Shown here: piece after piece, positions 37,596-50,002 of the stretch
Layout: each line of letters opens with the position of its first letter
How positions within the stretch are numbered: the first letter of the stretch is position 1
Assembly: GCF_000143415.4 (NCBI RefSeq)
Contig: NW_003314275.1
Location: forward strand, 2,027,419-2,091,418
DNA: 64,000 nt
Direction: 5' to 3'
Source: Selaginella moellendorffii
Lineage: Eukaryota; Plantae; Lycopodiophyta
The notes under the pieces: model-generated
What the model saw: the letters and a program-made list of their open reading frames with translations, nothing else
Told to the model about the DNA's origin: nothing
The model's database searches: none
Translations under genes and position numbers: made by a program

Positions 37596-40500
37596 ATATC
37601 TTTTGATACCCGAAGTTACATTTGCGACACTTTCCCCCCCTTAGAGAAGATTGATATCGTCATCGATGCATACCCGAGTTTAGCAAACCGTCAAGGAAAC
37701 AACTCTGAAAGTTAATAAAAAGCATACTATGTAGGAAACACACCGATTTAAATGAGTTATGGAACGACCTCTCCTTTATGTCCAAAGACGTTAAGACTCA
37801 GACACCCTCTGGCCGTCGCCGATAAGGAAATGACTAACGGAGTTAACCACCCTTGCTGTTCCGAGTACCACTCAACTTACAAAGGAATGATACACCTTGC
37901 CTGTAGGGATATAGGGAGAAGGCCAGGCCCAACTTCCCCTAAGCAAGAAATCAACCCCGTTGGGAAGATTTAGACAACTATTATAAACTGGCAGATTAAA
38001 TTGTTTACATGACCATGCCCCTTTTCAAAAATGAGTCATCGAGAGAGAGGCGGGGACTTGTGATCAGTCTATAATAGTTATCCCCATGGTTATAGATTGA
38101 ACCCATGCACCGAAGTGCCAAAGTCAACCTGCTAAAATTGACCCAAGTACTAATGAGAGAAACAAAACTTTCATTTATAAAAAGATATTACTTTATTGAT
38201 TAGCACAATTTATTACAAGATTTACAAAACTATTTTTTATTACAATTCTCATACTCCATGACAAGCTCACGAGCATGTGTAAAATTCCTAAGAGGCTCCC
38301 AAGTTGATTCATAAGATGGATAACCTTTCCACTTACCTAAATATTCTTTGGTTCAACCACCACATGCCTTACGAAACAAAAGAATAGCCTCAACCTCATA
38401 CTCCGGTTCACCATCAATAACATCTAGAGCTGAGCAAACATCCCTAGAGCGGCCAAGATCCTCATGATATGGGGCTAGTAAACTGACATGAAACACATCA
38501 TGAAGTCTAGACATCTCTTGTGGAATATCCAATTGAAAGGATACATCACCAAGTCGTTTCAACACTTGATACGGTCCAACATATCCCAATAATAGTGTCC
38601 GAGATAAAGATCCCTTAATGTTCAAATTCTGGGAAGATAGCCATACCTGATCTCCCACTTGATAAGATACATCCCGTCGATGCTGATCCTTATCACGTCG
38701 ATACCTATCCTGAGCTTTGCCTATTGCCTCAGTAGCTCTAGACCAACTTTAGCATAGTTGCTCCACATAAGTCTCAATGGCCATGATCAACATTTTGGAC
38801 ATTGGTTTTGGTACAACAATCTATTGAGGCACCCACAAGCATTCCCTTGCAACATTTTCTATCGAGAACAGCCAATAGTGCTGTGAAATGTGTTGTTATA
38901 ACATATTCTACTATGTCCAAATGCTCAACTCAATTGCATTGGTCTGCCGTGACATAGTACCGCAGATAATCCTCAACTTGAGCATTCACGTGTTTGGTCT
39001 GCTCATCAGCCTGAGGATGATAAGCCATACTAAACTTCAACTTGGTACCAAACAACTTGAATAGTGTGCCCCAAAACTTCCCTGTAAATCTCGAATCTCT
39101 ATCCAAGATCATCTCTTTGGGAAGACCACAGACCGACAGGACTTTATGGAAAAAGAGCTTTGGTGCTTGCTTTGCATTTATTGTTTTCACAGTTGGAATG
39201 AAGTGTGCAATCTTTGACAACCGATCCACAACCACTATCAAAGTATCATAACCCTTAAACTTTGCAAGCAAGTGATGAAATCAAGTGTCACATTTTAAAA
39301 TGGCCATGCCGGTGCTGGAATGCACTACAACTTTCTAGCCTGCTTCTCAATTTTGCACTTATATTGCTTGCATACAAGGTAGGAACTAACATATTCTGCT
39401 ACATCATCTTCCATACCAGACCAGAAAAATCCCTTTTTCAATGAAGCCAGAGTCTTTCGCTTTCACCATGTCCCGCTGCCGAAACATCATGATGTTCCTA
39501 CAGAAATAACTACTGCAAATCCTTAGAAAGAAGATACAATCTTTCTTGCTTATAAAATATAAGTCCATCCCAAACTAAGAAGTGAAGCTTCGCATTGGTG
39601 TGACTAACAACTTTCACCGCATCACTACTAGGGTTCTGCTTCGACAACTCCACACAGTGCAAGATTGCCTTTGCTAATGGATCACTTTCATACGAAGCCC
39701 AAATGTCCTCCAACCAATCCGAACTAATTGCCGATATTTCCCAGAATTGAGCCTGACGACTCAACGCATCCGGAACAATATTGTCTTTACCAGGTTTATA
39801 TATGATTTCAATATCATATTTAGCAAGCTTCTCTTGCCAATGAGCTTGCTTCGGCATAAGCTTAGGCTGCATAGCAAAGTACCCTAGTGTGTTAGTATCT
39901 GTATAAACCTTGGTGTGTCCACCCAAGTAGTGTCTCCAGTGTTCCAATGCTGACACTATAGCAAACATTTCTTTCTCATGCGTTGGCCATCTTTGTTGGG
40001 TTTCATCCAATTTCTTAGAAGAGAACGCAATGAAACAACCATATCACCTTAGTGTAACATCAACCACTTTGTCACAATCTTGCTGCAACACGGCACCAAT
40101 AGCATAGCCAGATGTATCACAATGCACTTTGAAGGGTTTATCAAGATCTGGGATCCTAAGAATAAGAACCATAGTCAAGATTTCCTTCAACTGTACAAAA
40201 GCACGCTTACAAGTTGATGTCCAATGAAATGGTATACTACTCTTTGTTAACTCAGTCAACGGAAGAGCAACTCTTGCAAAATTGCGGACAAATTTATGAT
40301 AGTATCCCACCAAGCTGAGAAAGGAACGAACATCTGATACAATGGTTAGGACTTCCCAAGACTTTACCACTTCCACCTTCTTTGGATCCACCTCAATTAC
40401 ACCACCACCAATAATATATCCGAGAAAGTTCACACACAATTGTCCAAAAGCACATTTACTTTCCTTAGCATATAGTTTGTGTTTACGCAACTTTTGAAAC

Positions 40501-43500
40501 ACTAACTCTAAATGTTTCAAATGATCCTCCAATGTTTCACTAAAGTCTAGAACATTGTCGATATATAGGACAACAAATGTATCCAAATAATCTCCAATAT
40601 TCTATCCATCATAGTGTTGAACATTGCCAAAGTATTGCATAACCCAAATGGCATGGCAAAGAACTCATAAGATCCATACCGAGTCTTAAAAGCTGTCTTC
40701 CCCATATCCTGATCTGCCACCCATATTTGATAATACCCAAACCGCAAATCAAGTCACGTAAAATAATTATCCTTTAAGAGCTGGTCAAACAAGTCATCAA
40801 TGCGTGACAAAGGATAACTATTCTTGACCGTGATCTTGTTGAGTGTCTGATAGTCAATGCACATCCTCATGGTTCCATCCTTTTTCATAACAAAAAGAAT
40901 TGACACTCCATAAAGTGACTTGCTTAATCGGATATGACTTTTGTCAAGAAGCTTTGTGAGTTGCTTCTTGAGTTTAGCCATCTCCTTGATGTTCAAATGA
41001 TATAGAGCTTTTGTAGGTGGTTTAGAACCCAAAATAACCTCAATCCGATTATCAACCTCACGGCTAGGAAGTAGCCCTAGTGGTAAAATCCTTCGGGAAG
41101 ATATCTTGATTCCTCGCTAACAACTCAAATATCTTCTTTGGTACAAGATCAACCCCGTCACCAATTCGAACTAAGTCACCAACACCCTCAACTTCCATCA
41201 CTTGAACCCAAAAGGTCCGACATCCCTTATTAGCTGCTTTTTGAGTGGCTCTCGCAGTCAAGAACTTAGCATCCCAATCCTTTGAGGAGCACTTTTGCAA
41301 CTGAATGGACACATCGGGATGTCCTTCTAACTTCAATGTGACATGACTTTGTCCAACACCATAAATTCCTTTAATATATTTGTTGAAAAAATCCATACCA
41401 AACACCATCTGAAAATTTGATATCTTCAACATTACTAAGTCCACTCTTTCTTTCCACTTGGATATTTTTATTGGAACATCACTCACAAATTTTTTGGCTA
41501 CTTGCCCACCTTTTGCAAACCAAAAGTGTATGGGTGACATTTGCTCAGCATTCAATCTTAACAACATAACTAAGTCTTTGGATATCACACTATACATAAC
41601 TCCTGTGTCAATCATCACTCAAATTCGGTGTTCGCAGATAAAGCCTACCAGATACATCAATGGATCAATGTTTGCATTGACCAACTCGTCAACCCCTTCA
41701 GCGTCACCACCACTGTTTTCCCTCATGACATTAACACAAGACCTTGTCTTATGCTTGTTGGGACATTCCAAGGACCTATGTCTTGACTCTCCATAATGGA
41801 AGCAATGACCCATACTACCTATTCCGCTAGGAGCAAGTTTTGCAAGTTACTATTGCTTGTACCCACCAGGAGGAGGAACAGAGGGCTTAGGACCAGAAGA
41901 AATTGCTAGTGGTCTCCAACCACCACCACCTTTATTAACCGTTGCTTCTAAGCCTCCAGAGTGGAACCTTCCTTCCACCCTTTGTTTCCGATCACCTTGT
42001 TTATTCCCAAATTTCTTATTCTTGTTCGAGGTACCAGTATACAGCTGTTGATATTGTTCTATGAGTGAGTGACTAAAGGCAACTTGCTATGCTGCCTCCT
42101 TACACTCCAGGTACGTTTTTTATTTAAACTTCAAAATCTCATTTTGAAAAAGTGAACAAAAAAGTGAACTTAGGAAATAACTCTGAGCATCTTCATCACT
42201 TATATTTGCAATTATAATGCGCTTTTGAGCAAATGCATTCGCCGCAGCTCCATGTGAAGTCTTAGACCAAGATTATCCGGCAAGTATTCTTTACGGATAC
42301 GAAACTGCATCTTGGTCCAACTTCTAATCTATCCTTTTTCAACACACACCTAACACCTCCAAGTTTTGGCATGATCGGTGAGAAAGGATTGCACGTACGC
42401 AACTTTTGTATGATTATCTATGTCTGCTGCTATGAAATAGTTTTCCATATCGTAGACCCAGTCTTCCAAAACTTGATAGCCTCTAAAGTTTGGTGGTTTT
42501 GGAGGCTTGAACTTTGAAACTCGTGCAACCGGAGGTGGTTATAAAACTTCATTGTCCTTAGAACTTGAGGAGGAGTCCGGTTGTTTAGGTTTAACTAGTT
42601 TAGCTGCCTTAGCTTCTTTCTTCCTCTTTTTGTTCTCCTTCTTCAATTTGTGAACTTCCCTTCACAAATTTTTGATTTTGATCTCTTAAGCCGTATGTTG
42701 CAGTGCTGTAGCATCTGGCTCTTCCTCTTCTGACTTGGCCTCAACCTCTTCTGCAGCATTTTTAGTAGGAGTTTCCTTTTCTCGATTCGCCCGTCTAAAG
42801 GTTTCAGTGTCATCAGCACGGTTCCTTTTCACCATCCCACTAGTTCCATGCATGCCTCTATTAGTAACTGACAACATTCTTACCAAATGGTGCAATCCAA
42901 CTAATCCTACACAGATTGCTTTGGATCTATTTGAAAAGTCTTTGTGTATACAACTTGAATCAGAAAATCTGACTAGTTGGATAGGAATCATTGAGACAAT
43001 TCCTCTAATACCAAATGTAGTGCATCTGAATTCGGAGCCAAACTCCAAGCCCGTTGCATTATGAAATGAGGGTCCGGTACAATCCCACGAGCACCAGCTC
43101 CCTGTATGTAGCACTTGCATGCAAAATGATGTTAGATGGAGTCTAACACAATTTTGGCATACTGGTGGCCTAATGCGAGGAGGAGGGTACCCCACCGACT
43201 AGAGCAAAGTGGAACTTGGGCTTAGACCCAAACCGCATGCAAAACAAGTAGCAACATAGCCCAATGGGAGCCAAACTAATGTCTCAGGTGGTCGAATATG
43301 CATTCCAACCATTATCTCTACTATATATTTGGAACCACCTATAACACTTTCCATAAATAGCATTTGAGTTAACACAAAGGGCATAATAACAAGGGTGTTT
43401 GGTAGACATAGTAAGTTATCATTTAGTGAATATTGAGGGACTAGTCTCAATATCGTGGGGTTTCCAACACTAGCAAATGTAAGCCAACAATATAAGTTTC

Positions 43501-43726
43501 TCGTCATCGTGTCAAGTATACTTGACTTAATGACAACTTAGGATTTCCTTCTATAGTGCCCTTTCGGTCTAAGTGCACATGTGTTGACCAGTTTCTCAAC
43601 TAGTTTGGGTGGACACTATAAAGGGAATTAGCAGTACCGACTTTCTACCGTCGTGGCAGTAAGGAAAAAGTGTCTGTAAGGACTGGCTAACAAATATCTT
43701 TTGATACCCCAAGTCACATTGCAACA
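37596..43726 (-). mobile_element. Degenerate Ty3/gypsy chromovirus B
   Basis: Gag CFHYGESRHRSLEC, protease [18 protein letters not shown], RNaseH, integrase VVVDRLSKIAHFIP, chromodomain EYEVEAIL. The LTR terminus TGT.GCAA.TGT.ACTT.GGGTATCAAAAGATAT occurs at both ends; the 3' LTR is reduced to about 35 bp. Confidence 0.9.
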
Positions 43727-45719
43727 CTACTGACCTCAAGGGAATGGCCAGACCGAGGTCATGAACAAGTCACTTAAATCAATTCTCTAAAAGGTTGTTC
43801 AGGATAATCCCTATGCCTAGCCAACTCTATTACCACATGCTTTGTGGATAACAAAGAAGCTCCTTACTGGTTTGACACCATTTTGATTGGTGTATGGTTT
43901 GGAAGTGGTTCTTCCCATACAACTTTGTTTACCTTCCTACTGGATCTCTGAGGAAGTGGATCCCACTAGAACTGTTGGGACATCACAGGATCTCCACACA
44001 GAATTGAGATATTGAGGCTATTTGCATTCAGATTCAGCAATACTGCACTGCTCTCATGCTTGTGAAGCAGCAAGGTGAAAGCTTCCTCCCAGGTGATGTT
44101 GTTTGGCGCCTGGATGCTTCTACACACCATAAAGCAAAGTTTCAACCTCCATGGATTGGCCAGTATCAAGTCCTTGGGAGCGCAGGGACAAACTCCTACT
44201 AGCTTGCAGAGCTTATAGATTAAAAACTGCCAAATCAGACCAATGGTAATCATCTCAAGAGGTATTTTCTCTATGTTAGTTCCTTCTATTTCATTGTTTG
44301 TCTAGCCTTTAACGCTTGGGTTTTGCAATTTCGAGGCCTGATACTATGTCGGGAGGATAGTGTTTCGCTCCTGTGGGATGCCAGATTACAGGAATGTCCA
44401 TTATGATTCTCTTACGAGATAAGTTTCTTTCCTTTTAAGCACGGTTATTAATTTAGTGTCATGAGATAGAATTTCTTTGATCAAATCGCTATGAATTCTT
44501 GTTGCTTTCAGCCTGCCTCATATGGCTCTTGTTTATATGTATCTTTGTGTTTCCTTGACGTCTTTGATACTTGTTTTAGCTGCCTTACCTACGTTGAAAG
44601 AAGGCCAAGCCACTTGGTCTAAGAGTAGGGATTGGTTCACACTGACAGTTGGCTGCCTTGTTCAGTCCTTTCGGCCGGACAACTTATCCTTTGACAGGCT
44701 ATTACTTGTGTCTGGATGTCTTGGGAATTTTCCATCTTTCTGTGTTCTTGTGAATTTGTTTTCTATTCATCTTTGCCTCGGAGATTGGTCTTGAAATCTG
44801 TCTCAAAACATTCTTTGTCAACCCTCTTTTGGTTGAGACGTCTTCTGGTTTCTCCTTTCCAGCATATTTCTTTTTTTGCAAGGGATGCATTTTGCCCAGT
44901 GAGAGTCGCCAAACCGGTACAGCTATGATATGGGAGTACGGTATAGAACCATATATAAGGGAGAACTAGGGTAGAAAAGATGCTCTAGAAGGGCAATGAA
45001 GTACATCTTTCCAGTGATGTGTTTGATCTTTGTTATCTGGAATGCACACTAAAGGACGAAATACTGTGTCTTAGTTTGTAACATGAAGATGCATTATTGT
45101 TCTCTTTTTTTCCTAATCAAACCAATCCAAGAAATTCTTGCCCTATGTGTAAATCTGAGGTACGGCACTGTTATAACTCTTTTTTCTTGAAAGTCCAGCG
45201 TTCCAGGTCAATCTATTACTTCACCTATATAGAAGGAATTACCTTATCTCTTAGCAGCAAAACTTGGAATCACTGCCAATCACGTCTTTGATCCAACCAT
45301 GCTTGGCTCTATCTAAATTGAAACGCCATAAAATCCAAATGGGAATTAAAACGTTTACAAGCTTTCTCAAGCTCCTGCTCTCGGAGCGTATGTCCAAAGT
45401 GATGGAAAGACAGGTGCTTCTAGTCTGCCATCACAACAGTTGTGATGTCTCATAGCAGCATGAAACGTGTAAATTTGCAAATTTTATGTAAAAGCCAAGA
45501 ATAGCTCTAGAGATCAACAAGCTTTTCCAAAGACCTTTATTGTACTGAATGCTTTGCTCTATCTAAATTGAGTCGCCATAAAATCCAAATGGGAATTAAA
45601 ACGTTTACAAGCTATCTCAAGCTCCTGCTCTAGGAGCGTATGTCCAAAGTCTAAAGATCAACAAGCTTTTCCATATTGTACTGAATGTCTTTATTATCTT
45701 CCTTCTGCTTAAACTGGTA

Positions 45720-46364
45720 CTAAGTGCAACATGCTATACTTCCATTATTGTTGGTTGCCAGAGTGGTCATTTGCACGACCTCTCCGCTGCTATAGTTGCA
45801 CTTCAGCTTACCTCTCTGCACATAGCAGCTGGTTTTGCGATCTGATGTACACCTTTTAACATCCAAGATAGCATCGCCATTCCATGTAGTGTCCACTTTC
45901 TTGCACCAAGCCAACAGCTTCCCGGTGTCCACTTCATAAATAGTAGGAGTGCAACTGTTGAGAAATTCACCGCACTGAGTAGTTTTCCTGCAGCACACCA
46001 TGTTTCCGTCGTTGTTCCCCGCATATTCCTCCATATTGACGCTGAGGAAGTCGTTACGACAAGAGAAGATTGGAGCTGATTGGTTTGATCCAGGCGGCTG
46101 GAGGCTGCAATTGGCCACTCCACCGCACCCGTCTGTGCTCAAACTTGACTCGTGCTTAGAGCCATTGACCATTTGGCAACTTGCTTTCAGCACATTTTTC
46201 TTATAAGAGATGGGTGTACAGGTTTTCAAAAAGCCTCCACACGATAAATCACAACTCTACAAGAAGCTAAATCAAGTTCTTTGGTCGCAGAAGAATTGTG
46301 AGCTTACCACGAGCAGGAATGTGTTGATTACAAGCATCAACAAGGCACACACAAGCTTATGCAT
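45720..46364 (-). CDS. CVNH-like secreted protein, copy 6
   Basis: Exon 1 at 46308-46364 (MHKLVCALLMLVINTFLLV) and exon 2 at 45720-46256. Frame is open and ends CCT*. Confidence 0.82.
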
Positions 46365-47049
46365 TATGAAATTGCTCTAAGTTGGTCTAGGTGGTGTTCT
46401 CACGTTAGTTTTAAGTGATATCTTTGATCTTTGTTAGATCCGGAATGCACTTTAAGGACGAAATACTAAAACTATTTATTAGTTCACACGTGTTTTGACA
46501 ATGCATACCAATGTGCATTTTGTGACATTTTATGAAGAGCGAGTGGTGTAAATTAAACATGGATATGAACGAGAATAAGAACTTGGCCAGAAGACACAAC
46601 AATGCTCATCTCTGGAATAGCTCTTGAAACACCAAAAGCTTGGTCTTTAGTGATACTTCCACGTTTCATTGTTGCTTCACGCGTCTGGGATTATATCTGG
46701 CTCATGAGACCATCAAAACAGCTTACTATAATCCGTTGGTCTCATGCTTCTTCTTCTTGGTGGGCACCACAAGACCCTGTAAACAGCTAATGAATGAATG
46801 AATGAATATCCCCAGGATCCGCTATATCCTTCAAAGCTCGTCTCACATTCATCTCACTACCATCAGCACTCTGGAACCCTTGCCAATCACGTCGTCTTTG
46901 GATGATCTATCTTCGTCTCGACGTAAAGAGCTTCGTGGCTCTTCTTATAACAAGATATAAAATTTCTTTGAAGTGTACAGCATAAAAAGCCCTTGTAATA
47001 ACAGGTCGTCTACCTGTTTCATAAAAATACAAGCGTTTTTTCTGTCTCG

Positions 47050-48464
47050 TTAGTAAGACCGGGTCCTTTCGATCCCTCCCCCGTTCCTTGGGCCACCGGA
47101 TTTCTCAAGAGACATGATAAACTTGCGCAAGTGCCTGATATACTCTGGATAGAGCTCCAAGTTGCAGTGACCCCCTCCTTTGAGCCACAGTGGCTCGTAC
47201 TTTTCCTTGCAAAGATCCCACAGCTGCTTGCCGTGCGAGCAATCCACAACTTCGTCGCTGGTACCCTGTGAAAAATGAAGATCAGATTCCTCACCTACAA
47301 CTAGAACCAAGTGGGGAAAAGAAGAAGGAATAAAGAAGAAACTTTATCACTTACGTGAATGACGAGCACGGGACAATTCACGCGTCTTATCTTTTCAATG
47401 TTCTGCAAGGAACCGAAGGTAGGAAAATCAAATCAAAGAACTCTCTTTTCATACCTTGTAGATATCAAACCAGTATGTTCTCTTGACGGGGTACATAACA
47501 CGCAAGCCGGAGAGGATTGGACTGTGAAGAACAACGCCTCGAACTTTCGGGAGCCTGGCCGCCAGGTCCACTGTCGGGCCACTTCCCACGGACTGTCCAT
47601 AGAGCACCACATCCTCTTGTCTCACGCCATAGTCTCGCTCCAAGCACTGATAGGCAGCTTCCACGTCCGCGTACGTGTTTGCTTCACTCGGCTGGAAAAA
47701 GATGGACAGTCCAAAGTGAAAACCTTAACCAGAGTTCATGGCCAAGTACAAGAACAATGAAAAACTGCAAAGTTCCTGTAGCTAAAAGAGACAGTATAAA
47801 AGAGAATATGTTCGTTCTATCTACACAGAAAATGCCAGGCAAATAGTTATAAGAGGAGAGAATTCTATCGTACCTTTCCACTAGATGCTCCGTAGCCTGA
47901 ATAATCGTATCTGCACGAGGAAGAAAAAAATTCAAAAAATACGAAAACGAAACCAGTCAATGATAGAAACTTGGGAAAAAACCGATACAACAAAGACAAT
48001 AATCAATGAAACAATGGAAGAACAGCGAAAGAACAGCAGTGAGAAAGAACTCGAAAGAACGCAAACGAAACAAAGAGAAGGAAAAAAAAAACAAAAAATC
48101 TCCGAGGACAGATCAGTGGAGGAAGAGGAATTCCCATCCAAAAATCGAGATTTGTGGCTTACCCCATGACGTTCACCCGGAGATGGACGCTGAGCTCCAC
48201 CAGGAGCTCATACATTTGTCCCAAATCCGCGGCATTCCCATGCGAGTAGAGCAGCGTGAGGCGCGCGGCGGAATGGTGGACGTAGATCCCCACAATGTCT
48301 TGCCCTCGCTTCGTCTTCATGCTCACCACATCGACGTGATCCCGGTTGAGAACATCCGAGAGGACCAAGCGGCCAGTGATCTGGTCCCGGATCACTGCGT
48401 ATGACGGAGGCGTCGGGGGAAAGAAGGCAAACCTAGCTGCAACTGTGGATGTCACACCGCCCAT
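47050..48464 (-). CDS. ABHD17-like alpha/beta hydrolase (putative protein de-S-acylase, ABAPT family), 5 exons, intact
   Basis: [46 protein letters not shown], nucleophile [26 protein letters not shown] (Ser-Asp-His triad). Confidence 0.93.
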
Positions 48465-50002
48465 GGCTGAGAATCCACGAATTTGCTGGGAATCCTGGGA
48501 ACAAGACGACGATTCTTGGGGCAGCCGCAGCTACGCGATCGCTGGAAATTCCGCCATGAGAGGAGCAGTGAGTGCTACATTGGGGGAAGGGATCTGGCCC
48601 AGCGCAGCGCCAGACCTAGGATAGTGCCCTACACAAGGCAAGACGCAAGCAAACAAAAAGAAACACCATGCCAAGAATATGCGCCTCAGTTTAAATAAGA
48701 ACACGAATTTTCTTATGGTGGTCAAATGCAAGTCAACGAGATTTGTGTTGGGTCTTGAGTTCTTTGACCAATGACAATGACTTCGTCTATTTGCCAAATT
48801 GTCCAGTGATCATGCATTATATTCCAAGCCACACAGTTTCACTGAGGTAGTGAATCTCAATTTATCTTTTGGGTGAAGAACAGATTAAAGTGAATTACTT
48901 TCAAAGGTAACTTTTTCCTGTATGATGAAAGGAAAGTTTAAGGAAGAGTTTAACTTTTTCCTGGATGATGAAAGGAAAGTTTAAGGAAGAGTTTAAGTGC
49001 GTATCCACGACAGCCACGCACTATTTACTCACGTGAACATGACATGACACACTTATAAGAAGTATTTAAAGTGTACAAACCTTTGAACGGGTTGTTCAAA
49101 GCTAGTGTGTAATGACAATAGTGAATGGGAGCATTCAGCAAGATGTTAAGAAGACTGGGGAGCCGCAAGTATTCCACCTGAAGATATCAAGTTTGGCTGC
49201 CAGAAAAAAAGAGGCAGCAAGTCCAGCTTGGCTGACTGAAAGATTGTATCTGTCCATCTGTAAGTTTTTGGTCATGGAAATTATCTGCATTGAATCAGCT
49301 ACGGCTGTTCCCAGAAGCTGTAAGAATCCTTGGTCTATATAGACTTTGCGTCAGCGTGTAAGCGATTTTAGAGATGCTCATGGATAGAAACCATGCAAAC
49401 GCTGTGACAATTGCTCCAAAAGAGAAAAGGAAAGAACTCCTCCGCAACCCAGGCCGGCACCAGCTGAAAGAGGAGATTGAAATCTTTCACGGAGGGCACC
49501 ATATAAGAATGCATGTGTAACCTCGAGCTGAAGCTCCAAGTTAGAAATCTTCTCTCAAACCGACACTTGTTGAGTCTTTACCACCTTTTTCTGTTTTGTA
49601 AATCCGTCCTGACAAACAAGAAATTCATGCCATGTGGTGGGAGGCTGATGAAGCTCAGCTTTGCAAAAAGGAAACAGGGAGGACACCTCGGGTTGTGTTG
49701 TTTCGAGCTGGCGGATAACTGATTTACCCTAAGCATGATATGTGGTCTTCTCGTACCTTAAAGGTTAGCCTGCACTGTTTTCTTTTCTCTCTTTTTTTTG
49801 TTGGGTAAGTCTCTAGCTAACTTTTCAGCTCAAAGATGGAATCTTATCTCCGCACGGGTGCCAAACCGTGACCATGCGAATTAGGAGGAACAAAATCGGA
49901 TCTCGCTAATGTCACGTAAACAGCGAAAGAATAGCCATTGCAAAGTTATCCAAAACTCTAGAGGAAGTGAGAGAGAAAGAGGTGAAAAAAGCTTGATAAA
50001 CT

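Noticed and set aside
48900-49520. Exon-like pieces and a ~43-bp tandem duplication between ABHD17 and WD40
   Set aside because: No consistent spliced ORF or family could be built.
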